Below, one piece after another: positions 1 to 8,472 of a stretch of DNA of 47,316 bases. Under the pieces are notes generated by a model that ran no database searches, was not told the DNA's origin, and saw only the letters and a program-made list of their open reading frames with translations. How positions within the stretch are numbered: the first letter of the stretch is position 1; each line of letters begins with the position of its first letter. Origin of the DNA: Chitinivibrionales bacterium (GTDB taxonomy: Bacteria; Fibrobacterota; Chitinivibrionia; Chitinivibrionales; WJKA01); NCBI GenBank assembly GCA_038247415.1, contig JBBRUX010000031.1, positions 1 to 47,316 of the forward strand, given 5' to 3'. Both the position numbers and the translations under genes were made by a program.

Positions 1-2
1 GT

Positions 3-146
3 GTTGAATCATAATAATGTTGAATCATAATAATGTTGAATCATAATAATGTTGAATCATAATAATGTTGAATCATAATAATGTTGAATCATAATAATGT
101 TGAATCATAATAATGTTGAATCATAATAATGTTGAATCATAATAAT
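3..146. repeat. Perfect tandem repeat, 9 copies of 16-bp unit GTTGAATCATAATAAT (probably truncated by the window/contig edge)
   Basis: Identical units start at 3, 19, 35, 51, 67, 83, 99, 115 and 131, with no spacers. Unique sequence begins at 147. Confidence 0.98.
116..143 (+). promoter_or_regulatory. Sigma70-like promoter formed by the last two repeat units (TTGAAT-N16-CATAAT) upstream of the ACP gene
   Basis: TTGAAT at 116-121 and CATAAT at 138-143, followed by RBS-like AAAGAGGG at 151-158 and ATG at 165. Confidence 0.4.
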
Positions 147-164
147 ATAGAAAGAGGGCAACTT

Positions 165-431
165 ATGGAAACAAGCGGAATTGAGCCGGAGATATTGGAA
201 AAGCTTTTTGACCTGATTCAGGATGAGCTGGGGGTTGACCCGAGAGAGTACGACCCTAATAAAAATGTCATACTCGACCTGGGACTTGATTCTGTGCAAA
301 TCACGCAGGTAAGCTTGAGGATCGATGCAGAATTCGGGGTCGATCTACCGCTTTCGATCCTCGATAATTTTACGCTGGCAAATGTTCTGGCGGCGTTTAA
401 TAAAGGAATGGATAAGAAAAGAGCAGTCTAG
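165..431 (+). CDS. Acyl carrier protein / phosphopantetheine-binding protein
   Basis: 88-aa acidic protein with the DLGLDSV pantetheinylation motif and the IDAEFGVDLP helix signature. RBS precedes ATG 165. Confidence 0.9.
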   Translation: METSGIEPEILEKLFDLIQDELGVDPREYDPNKNVILDLGLDSVQITQVSLRIDAEFGVDLPLSILDNFTLANVLAAFNKGMDKKRAV

Positions 432-437
432 ATGGGT

Positions 438-1775
438 TTACATCTCGGAAAGTTTGGGAATTTTGTACGATGTGATGCTTTTTTTGCACCAATCCCTAAG
501 CTCGTTTAAAGCATCTTGTCCAGGTTGTTTAAGGTGGACACGACCTTTTACGGAGTGTCCGGATAATTCATTCCAGCTACCATAAACTTCGATCTGGTCT
601 ACATTTGTATGTCGACTGATGATTCGCTCAATTTCTGCCGGAAAAACTTTTTTCCCCATCGAATTGAGCATCCGTCTTGTATTTCCTGTTAAGCATAATC
701 GACCCCATTTGTCAATTTTGCCAGTATCCCGCGTACGAAGCCAACCTTGGCACAGTATAGCACTGGTTGCATACGAATCTTGATAATAGCCTTTAAAAAC
801 ATTTTCGCCAGCTACGAAAATTTCTCCTTCCTTATCGGTTTCTTCCTCAGTACCTTCTTTAGAAAGAATTCGTAAACGGCAACATTGAAGGGGAGTCCCG
901 ACCAATTGCGGATCTAAAGCCATTGCAGGATGGTTCCATGTGCACACTGGTGAAGCTTCGCTCAGGCCATAGCCCTCTTTAATTTCCAGGCCTGTTTCCA
1001 TTTTAAAGCGTTTCCACAAAGTGGTTGATAGCTTGTATGCACCGCAAATCAGAATAGCATTCTCAAGAAATAAATGAGAATGGATTTTGTTCTTTAGCAA
1101 CAGATAAAAAGAAACAGGAACGCCAATAATATGCGTGGGCTTTTGAAGCAGCACCTTTTCCAGTGACTCCGATTGATCCATAGGAAAAACTTTTAGATCA
1201 CAGCCCGCCAGGAGAGGTGCTAGAATGCCAACTGTTATGCTGTAAAGGTGGCAGAAAGGAGAGAGCGTACATATCAGGCTGCTCAAAGAAGTGCCATATG
1301 CCATTGAGGATGCAGTCGCATCGGAATACAGATTTATATTAGTCAACATCAACGCCTTCGCATACCCATCATCGGCCGCATGAAAAATCATTGTGCACAC
1401 ATCATCCAGCTCATCGGTATATTCTGCCCCGTTCTCAAGCAAGTCGATCTCGGTTTCGAGATTCCAATCCAATGTCACGCTGTCAATGCGTATAACGGCG
1501 GAGGGTGGAACCTTCTCGAGCATCTCACCCCACTCAATCCGCCCAACCTTGGGTTCCACAATCACGGCAATGCGCCCGGACTTGATTATTGCGAAATAAG
1601 CAAAAATGAACTTGGGATGGTTGACGCCCGTCAAATAAATAAATGGTCGATCTGGAGGGAGTACCTTTGTAAGGTGCCGAGAAAAATCATCAATATTTTT
1701 ACGAACTTCATCTGGTGAATAGGTGTGGTCGCGAAAGAGGATACGACCCGGATTAATAACGTCGGGGAGCTTCAT
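438..1775 (-). CDS. AMP-binding (ANL superfamily) long-chain acyl-CoA/acyl-ACP ligase-like protein with degenerate P-loop
   Basis: GYGLSEA, GEIFVAGENVFKGY, GWLRTRDTG, FPAEIE and C-terminal YKIPK motifs. The P-loop reads IFHAADDGYAK. Confidence 0.85.
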   Translation of the reverse strand: MKLPDVINPGRILFRDHTYSPDEVRKNIDDFSRHLTKVLPPDRPFIYLTGVNHPKFIFAYFAIIKSGRIAVIVEPKVGRIEWGEMLEKVPPSAVIRIDSVTLDWNLETEIDLLENGAEYTDELDDVCTMIFHAADDGYAKALMLTNINLYSDATASSMAYGTSLSSLICTLSPFCHLYSITVGILAPLLAGCDLKVFPMDQSESLEKVLLQKPTHIIGVPVSFYLLLKNKIHSHLFLENAILICGAYKLSTTLWKRFKMETGLEIKEGYGLSEASPVCTWNHPAMALDPQLVGTPLQCCRLRILSKEGTEEETDKEGEIFVAGENVFKGYYQDSYATSAILCQGWLRTRDTGKIDKWGRLCLTGNTRRMLNSMGKKVFPAEIERIISRHTNVDQIEVYGSWNELSGHSVKGRVHLKQPGQDALNELRDWCKKSITSYKIPKLSEM

Positions 1776-1863
1776 AATGCACCAATGCCTTAAATGTAAA
1801 TAGTTAGGAAATTCATGGTGTATTTAGCATACGAACACAAGTTAGCAAGCGGTAAAGGCTTAC

Positions 1864-2970
1864 CTACTCTCTTGGGAAAGCCTTAGATACTACATCTGAA
1901 TATGCATCCAGTTCGAGGTCTGAATATATTTTGTCGCCAATAGTAAATGGCAACCCAAGTTTTGGATACTGCTTAATCACTTCCAGGTATTGCGCTACTT
2001 TCTCAGGAGTAATTTGGCCCCGGCCCCATGAACTTGGCAAATGCGGATTCATAGCAATGAGTAATCCCTCTACCTGGCATCCAAAAAAGTGCCGTGGCGA
2101 CGCTAGCCCAAGATCAAAACCAACGCTCATATCAACAGGAAGCGACAAGATCCCGCCATGATACACAAAAACATCAGGACGTAGCACATCTCCAACGCGC
2201 ACATTAGGAGGTGCAGATGCATCGCAGACAATAGTACCGGGCGAAAATTCCTCGAGACCTACAATTGCCCCATAGGCGCTGGTCACAAAAATCACGATAC
2301 GAGCTTGCTTTGCAGCAGCAGAATTATCGGATGAGAGTTCGTACGGACAGCTTATATACTTTCCGTATTTTTCTACCATCTGCTTAAGGGGGTGTAACCC
2401 GCGGGCCGTAAGCAAAAGCTTCTTTGCCCTTCCGCCGAACCAGCAGGCGCATGCAGTCCCGATATCTCCCGACGCACCGATAATAGCCACCGTGGTTTCG
2501 CTTATGTTAATATTAAACCGCCGGGTCAGCTCTTCAACCGATTCGATAATTGCTGCTGCGGTGAGGGTATTTCCCGAAGTGATTCGCAATCCGTATTGTT
2601 GTTCGAGCGCCTCTTCCTTGCCTTGCAGTACAATAGATGTAAACGCACCCATGGCCGCAACGCTACATCCATCTGCATGTGCGAGCTCAAGCGATTCTAT
2701 GACTTTGTCAACAACCTTTTGGAGGGCAATTTCTTTCATTTCGGGTATAAATGGCACCATAAAAACAGAGCCATCTACCGTCGTAACCCCATCAAATGAA
2801 ATATCTGGAATTTCTCTAAGTTTAAATGAATGCGACCACTCAAAAATTTTGAGTAGGAGTTCATCGCGCCAGGTTTTATCGGGCCTCAGTTTTTGAATAA
2901 GGGTTCGAAACATGAGGGCATCGAGGGGATGTCCAATGAGGGCTGTTTTAACACGATCAGAAGAAGCCAT
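1864..2970 (-). CDS. Aldehyde-forming long-chain acyl-ACP reductase homologue (AAR / COG5322-type)
   Basis: Collinear matches to cyanobacterial AAR motifs: ALIGH, FIPEM, MGAFTSI, TSGNTLTA, Rossmann IIGASGDIG, LLLTAR, catalytic-Cys FFGCQVE and SWGRGQIT. Confidence 0.85.
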   Translation of the reverse strand: MASSDRVKTALIGHPLDALMFRTLIQKLRPDKTWRDELLLKIFEWSHSFKLREIPDISFDGVTTVDGSVFMVPFIPEMKEIALQKVVDKVIESLELAHADGCSVAAMGAFTSIVLQGKEEALEQQYGLRITSGNTLTAAAIIESVEELTRRFNINISETTVAIIGASGDIGTACACWFGGRAKKLLLTARGLHPLKQMVEKYGKYISCPYELSSDNSAAAKQARIVIFVTSAYGAIVGLEEFSPGTIVCDASAPPNVRVGDVLRPDVFVYHGGILSLPVDMSVGFDLGLASPRHFFGCQVEGLLIAMNPHLPSSWGRGQITPEKVAQYLEVIKQYPKLGLPFTIGDKIYSDLELDAYSDVVSKAFPRE

Positions 2971-3064
2971 AATTTCTTGCTTTATACAAGCCTTTTTAAA
3001 AAGCTCTCTTATTGTTATGTGATGTTTAACACCCGGGGTTTACCTATACCACTAAACTGCATAA

Positions 3065-4174
3065 TTACACTTGCTTTATGAGATTAAGATTATGCGCATG
3101 TTGTACACGCACAGTACCTGGAGCCATAGAAATAGTTTCGTAAAACTTAACATCAATCCCGTCGGATTTCTGGAGGCACTCTGCAATATGCGCAACTTGT
3201 TCTTCGGTAAGGTCGTTTGCAAATGCAATTCTCCAGCTCGAGGCATACTGACCGGCATAGATTGCTTTGGGGTCTATTGTAATGCCGTGCATATAAAACG
3301 ATTCGAGTCCGAGAGAATCACGCGGACCACTCACAAGCATTCCTTTAGCAGAAATATTATGCACCAAAACGCCAACCGATCGGCGAGGATATACGCATTC
3401 TCCAACTTTTTCTACTTTAATGCGATTAGAGCTACGATGCGAAGAAGTGCGAAGCCGAAAACAGAGATCATCAAACTCTCCTTGAGGCAATTCGCGATCA
3501 AACATCACCCGTGCATAATGCGATTGTCCAACTTCTGGGATAAGAGATCCCCGCACGCCAAGACCCAGAAACGTTACAACGCTGCCAAATGAAGGCATGG
3601 TTTCCAGGATAACTAAGAGTCCCTTACGCGATGCGTTTTTAACCATCGACCGAACGGGTATTCTATTAATACATAATTCAGTATACGTATGAATATCAGC
3701 TCGGGGATTATTTCGTTCGTCTGTGGCGGATTCTGCGCAATATGCAACTGCAGCATTCATAAGAGACTCACAAAATATTTGTATTCTGTTTTTTATTTCA
3801 TCGCGAATGCCAAATTCGAGAACAGGTATATCAAGCTCAAATTCAATAGCAAGGTGCACATGCAACCCTGTATCTAAATCGCGGAGTGTCCAGGCACCAG
3901 AAAAAGAATCAAAATCGCCACCAATAGAATTAAATGACAAGCGCCAATATGCCCCCAAATAGGATTCTCTCTGAATCCATTGAAACGGTGCGCCATCGAG
4001 AGTTACAAACCACTCCGATTTTCCATCGGTATCGGTACGATGAAGCTGGGATATTTTATCGATAGCAGGAACACGTTTGGCTAGCTCGGCAAAATCGGTG
4101 ATAAAGCGCCATGCTGTAGTTTTGCGAAATGCTCCAACAAGCTCTTTTTCAGATTCGACGCGTTTTACAGCCAT
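3065..4174 (-). CDS. SRPBCC/START (polyketide cyclase-like) domain fused to two PilZ domains
   Basis: The N-terminal EWFVTLDGAPFQWIQRE...FNSIGGDFDSFSGAWTL segment is cyclase/START-like. It is followed by RNNPR...NASRKG and RSSNR...NISAKG (PilZ RxxxR and D/NxSxxG). AAGGA RBS precedes ATG 4174. Confidence 0.75.
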   Translation of the reverse strand: MAVKRVESEKELVGAFRKTTAWRFITDFAELAKRVPAIDKISQLHRTDTDGKSEWFVTLDGAPFQWIQRESYLGAYWRLSFNSIGGDFDSFSGAWTLRDLDTGLHVHLAIEFELDIPVLEFGIRDEIKNRIQIFCESLMNAAVAYCAESATDERNNPRADIHTYTELCINRIPVRSMVKNASRKGLLVILETMPSFGSVVTFLGLGVRGSLIPEVGQSHYARVMFDRELPQGEFDDLCFRLRTSSHRSSNRIKVEKVGECVYPRRSVGVLVHNISAKGMLVSGPRDSLGLESFYMHGITIDPKAIYAGQYASSWRIAFANDLTEEQVAHIAECLQKSDGIDVKFYETISMAPGTVRVQHAHNLNLIKQV

Positions 4175-4851
4175 GTGTTTCCTTTTGTATGAAGGCACCA
4201 GTCTCTAGCTCAATTCTTGTAATAATATAGGCATTTGGTAATCCAATATCAAGAGTATTTTAAATAATTAAACGCAAAATATAGTATCAACATATATCAC
4301 AATAACTATATATAGTATGATACCTCGAAGCATCTGATTTTCGATTTAGCTAATCTTCTATTTTTCAATAACTTAGGTAAGCGCGGAGCCCAACAAAACT
4401 TTTTTGCTAAGCCATTTAGGCATACCTACTTTTCTTCTTAACCGAGCGCACTGTTACACGAAACAAACAAAACGCATTCTACAAGGAAAAAGAAAATTTA
4501 CATCAATACAATTCATTTTAGGTAGGAGATCTGAATCCAACCCTGCATTCTTCCTCCCACAGCACAAGGGCCCGCTACGTATGCAACCAAGATTGAATCA
4601 CAGGCCCGGCCCTCATATGCAACAAGTGGCATTGCAAGGCCGCTTTGTTATAAAAGGGAATGTGTCAGATTATTTATTTTTTAAATATTAACGGCGTTGT
4701 GCCTTTTTTTGTGTTGCGAACCTGCAACTTTGTTAATGGCTTCAAGAAGAGGGAATACTTAATTGAACCGAGGGATATGTCATTAGTGACTATAGGCCAG
4801 GATAGCCAACCCTTAACATACAGTACTATCTTTTTATCATACCATTCTAAA

Positions 4852-5244
4852 TTATTTCTTCTCAACAAGCGCAAGCTCAACAGCTTTCGCAAATGCCCGG
4901 GTATTTACCGTTGCGCCGCCAACCACATCGATGTTTGGTGATTGCTGTGCGATAATAGCCGCAGCGATTTTTTGATTAAAGTCCCCCATGGTATTCATCT
5001 TTGCATTGGTATTTACAATTTCAACAATACGATGATCTTTAATCGTTACTTTCGCATCGTATGTCCAACGAGCCTTATGGTAGGATCCCGAGTATATTCC
5101 ATCGGGCAATTGGGAAATATCGACATTTACAATGGTGAGTTTTTTAATATCTCCCATACCAATACTGCCCACTAAGCCACCCACTATCCCGAGCACACAT
5201 ATTCCGCCAACAATCCACCCAAGAATTACAAATACCTTTTTCAC
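4852..5244 (-). CDS. Membrane-anchored FMN-binding domain protein
   Basis: N-terminal TM helix, DGIYSGSY, VTIKDHRIVEI and the flavinylation-like motif DVVGGATVNT. GTG start with AAGGAGG RBS. Confidence 0.85.
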   Translation of the reverse strand: MKKVFVILGWIVGGICVLGIVGGLVGSIGMGDIKKLTIVNVDISQLPDGIYSGSYHKARWTYDAKVTIKDHRIVEIVNTNAKMNTMGDFNQKIAAAIIAQQSPNIDVVGGATVNTRAFAKAVELALVEKK

Positions 5245-5257
5245 AATCCCCTCCTTC

Positions 5258-6415
5258 TTACGATTGAACGAGTATTTTAAAAACCTTAAGATAGTTTCCT
5301 TCGGGAAAAGCCTTTAATACGGGATGATCTTTGCCTGCACCCCACATGCCCGCAATAGAAATTTTTCGCTTATTGACTTGTGCGGCATCTTGAATTGTGG
5401 CCTCAAACATATCTTTACGAATATGACTTGAGCATGATGCTGCGATGTAAATTCCACCGCTCTTCATTACACGAAATACCGACGAATGCAACATCGTATA
5501 TGCCTTGAGTGCTTCATCGACAGCCGATTTTTTTGGCGCAAAGCTTGGCGGATCGGCAACGACAAGATCAAACTCTGTTGTTCTTTGCGATTTCATGAAT
5601 GTAGGAACATCCGCTGCAACACCACTATGAATTTGAGGATCAAGATTATTTGCCAACCAACTCTTATGCGCTAGTTCTATAGCTGGTTTTGCACTATCAA
5701 CCGTGGTGACTTCGAGCGCTCCGCCTAATCCGGCTGCTATTGAAAATCCGCCTGTATAGCCGTATAAATTAAGCATGCGTTTACCCGTTGCTAACGATCG
5801 TACGTGCATGCGAGAGTCGCGGTGATCAAGAAACAGCCCTGTTTTTTGTCCTTCCATGAGGTTTACAATAAGGTTCATGTCATTTTCGCGCACCGGGAAC
5901 TCCTGCGGCGGAAGCGGGCCAAAGAGTGCTTCTATTTTTTTTTCGTGCCCACTCCGTGTCCGAGACAAGAGCGTAGAAACAGCAAAGGGGGCCAATTCTT
6001 CCTGCAAGATTTGTGCAAGGAGATCTTTACGAGTTAAAAGCGATAGGCCATCACACAGCATAACTGCAAAAGATCCGTATACATCAATAACGAGTCCCGG
6101 TAAAAAATCACCCTCGCCAGAAATCAATCGCAATGCGGTGGTTGCATTCGACCAGAGTAAGGATCTTTTTTGTAGAGCGGCTCGTATTCGGGTGCGAAAG
6201 AGCGCATCATCAAGGGGAACATCCTTTATAGTATATACCCGAACACCAAGAGGGCCATCATCGGCGAGCCCTCTGCATAAAAAATTGCCGCCCCTATCGA
6301 GTACCGTTACCACATCCCCAGCAAGCGCTTTGAAAGGTTCCAATGCGTTGCGAAAAATCCAGGGATGACCAGCTCGTAGAGCTTTTTCGAGCGGTTTTGC
6401 AAGACGAATATTCAT
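5258..6415 (-). CDS. rlmI: 23S rRNA m5C1962 methyltransferase RlmI-like (PUA + class I SAM MTase)
   Basis: GHPWIF, GEGDFLPGLVID, GQKTGLFLDHR, LNLYGYTGGFS, DPPSF and SCS motifs. Confidence 0.85.
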   Translation of the reverse strand: MNIRLAKPLEKALRAGHPWIFRNALEPFKALAGDVVTVLDRGGNFLCRGLADDGPLGVRVYTIKDVPLDDALFRTRIRAALQKRSLLWSNATTALRLISGEGDFLPGLVIDVYGSFAVMLCDGLSLLTRKDLLAQILQEELAPFAVSTLLSRTRSGHEKKIEALFGPLPPQEFPVRENDMNLIVNLMEGQKTGLFLDHRDSRMHVRSLATGKRMLNLYGYTGGFSIAAGLGGALEVTTVDSAKPAIELAHKSWLANNLDPQIHSGVAADVPTFMKSQRTTEFDLVVADPPSFAPKKSAVDEALKAYTMLHSSVFRVMKSGGIYIAASCSSHIRKDMFEATIQDAAQVNKRKISIAGMWGAGKDHPVLKAFPEGNYLKVFKILVQS

Positions 6416-6672
6416 GAAGTGGCCTTTTTTAGCGAAAGTATTCTTATACCTTGAAGCTTGTGGCACTAATATAGTTCATTTCGACAACAGAAGACTTTGT
6501 AGCACTGTATCAAACTCTTGAAGATATACTGCTTTTTAAACCATTCATTGTGCACAACAAGCTCTCTTTTGATTTATTTTCATCTACGCGGTTTGCATGC
6601 TTACAGTTTATGAGCCAAGCCACAGATAATTAAATCAGAACATATTCGAGCCCTTTTTTTTGAGGAGTTTTT

Positions 6673-8472
6673 ATGCATCGTGCTCTTATTTCTCTGTGTA
6701 GTGTCAGCCTTCTTTTAAGCTTGACAAGTTGCCACAAGCAAAGTGCATCCAAAAGCGGTGATGCAGCTCCGGTTGATTATATGGCAATTCAGAAAAAAGC
6801 CGAATTGTTCGTTCCCGCTGTTGGAAAAACAGGCGGAGAAATTATTCTTTCTACCTTTTCCGATCCAAAAAGCTTTAACCCTATCACTGCAACCGAAACG
6901 TCAACGAGCGAATTTACGCAATATATGTATGAAGGTCTCGTTCGTATTAATGGCGTTAGCCGATTACCAGAACCATCTCTTGCACGATCGTGGGACATCT
7001 CTGCTGATGGTCTCACCTGGACATTTCATTTGCGGCCTGGCATTTTGTGGTCGGATAGTGTACCTATTACTGCGGCAGATGTTGAATTTACCTTTAATCA
7101 ACTTATTTACAATAACGACATCAACCCTTGTTCATCGCGCGATATTTTTCTCATCAATAACAAACCCCTTAACGTAGCAGCCCTCGATAGTGCAACAGTG
7201 CAATTTAAGCTTCCCGTTCCCTTTGCACCCTTTTTGCGGTCTCTGTCTCAAGAAATTCTTCCTCATCATATCTGGGCACCTATTGTTAAGAAAAAAACAT
7301 TCGCGCAAGCGCTTGGGATTCGTACCAACCCCGATTCTATGGTAGTAAGCGGACCATTTTGCCTGCAATCGTATATTTCTTCCCAAAAGGTTGTTTTTAA
7401 GCGTAACCCCCACTACTGGCAAAAGGATTCTACCGGAAATCAACTTCCCTACCTCGATCGCGTCATTTATTCTATTGTTCAAGATCAAAATGCAGAACTC
7501 CTTGCTTTTAAACGGGGTGATATAGATTTTCTTGCAGCAAAAGGAGAGGATTTCCCTGGGCTTAAAAAAGACGAAGCCAATGGTAGTTTTACCGTGTTTC
7601 GCCTTGGACCCAATACTGGCGCAAACTTCTTGTTTTTTAACCAAAACACAGGCCGGGACAGCGCCACGGGCAAGCCGTTTGTAGATTCGGTAAAGCTTTC
7701 GTGGTTTCGCAATGTAACGTTTCGCAAAGCAATGGCATATGCATTAGATAAGGAAAGCATGATTCGTATCGTCATGAATGGCCTCGGGTATCCGCAATGG
7801 TCTCCCATGACTCCTGCCGAAGGGTACTTTTATAATCCTTCGGTCACAACGTATTTGTATAACATCAAAGAAGCTAAAAGGCTTTTAGCCGAAGCTGGTT
7901 TTTTTGATAAAAACAACGACAGCATTCTCGAAGACAAAGAGGGGCATCCTCTCGAATTCTCTTTTTGTACAAATAGCGGTAACAATGTACGTCTCAAGAT
8001 TGCCGAGATTATCCGCAAAGACCTCGAGTCTATCGGATGCAAAATTCATTTTCAGCAACTCGAATTCAACTCTATTATCGCAAAGATTAGTAATAAGCCC
8101 TACGAATGGGATGCAGTGCTCCTAGGATTAACAGGCGGAAGCGAACCGCATTTTGGAAGAAATGTATGGCACTCAAGTGGCAATTTACATATGTGGTTTC
8201 CATCGCAATCAAAACCGTCAAGTACCTGGGAAACTTCTATCGATTCGATATTCGACGCGGGCGTCGTGGAACTCGATGTAGTTAAACGGAAGGCACTTTA
8301 CGACCAGTGGCAAAGTAGTGCAGCAGACAATGTACCGCTTATTTACACAGTGCTTGCAGAACAAATTTATTGCATCAATAATCGCATCAAAAACATTAAC
8401 CCCTCACCCAATGGCGGGATACTTCACAACATAGAGCGCCTCTATGTTGAAACAGGAGCACACGCGCGCTAA
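6673..8472 (+). CDS. ABC transporter substrate-binding lipoprotein, SBP family 5 (DppA/OppA-like)
   Basis: Lipobox LSLTSC, DPKSFNP, LARSWDISADGLTWTFHLR and SGPF...KRNPHYW...PYLDRV. GAGGAG RBS. Confidence 0.95.
   Translation: MHRALISLCSVSLLLSLTSCHKQSASKSGDAAPVDYMAIQKKAELFVPAVGKTGGEIILSTFSDPKSFNPITATETSTSEFTQYMYEGLVRINGVSRLPEPSLARSWDISADGLTWTFHLRPGILWSDSVPITAADVEFTFNQLIYNNDINPCSSRDIFLINNKPLNVAALDSATVQFKLPVPFAPFLRSLSQEILPHHIWAPIVKKKTFAQALGIRTNPDSMVVSGPFCLQSYISSQKVVFKRNPHYWQKDSTGNQLPYLDRVIYSIVQDQNAELLAFKRGDIDFLAAKGEDFPGLKKDEANGSFTVFRLGPNTGANFLFFNQNTGRDSATGKPFVDSVKLSWFRNVTFRKAMAYALDKESMIRIVMNGLGYPQWSPMTPAEGYFYNPSVTTYLYNIKEAKRLLAEAGFFDKNNDSILEDKEGHPLEFSFCTNSGNNVRLKIAEIIRKDLESIGCKIHFQQLEFNSIIAKISNKPYEWDAVLLGLTGGSEPHFGRNVWHSSGNLHMWFPSQSKPSSTWETSIDSIFDAGVVELDVVKRKALYDQWQSSAADNVPLIYTVLAEQIYCINNRIKNINPSPNGGILHNIERLYVETGAHAR

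Noticed and set aside
3..146. CRISPR array or coding repeat
   Set aside because: The units are contiguous with no spacers and only 16 bp long, and there are no cas genes. The unit length is not a multiple of 3 and stops recur, so it is not coding.
129..164. N-terminal extension of the ACP given by the ORF track (start 129)
   Set aside because: It begins inside the tandem repeat. The RBS at 151-158 supports ATG 165.
4513..4632. 39-aa minus-strand ORF with a weak 12-aa repeat (LVAYEGRAC / LVAYVAGPC) as a possible peptide precursor
   Set aside because: No RBS, only about 16/25 nucleotide identity between the copies, and no modifying enzymes nearby.
4200..4850. c-di-GMP or other riboswitch in the long intergenic region upstream of the PilZ gene
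   Set aside because: I could not find GEMM-type GGCAAAC/GAAA/GACGCAAAG elements or another recognisable aptamer on either strand. An Infernal/Rfam scan would be decisive.
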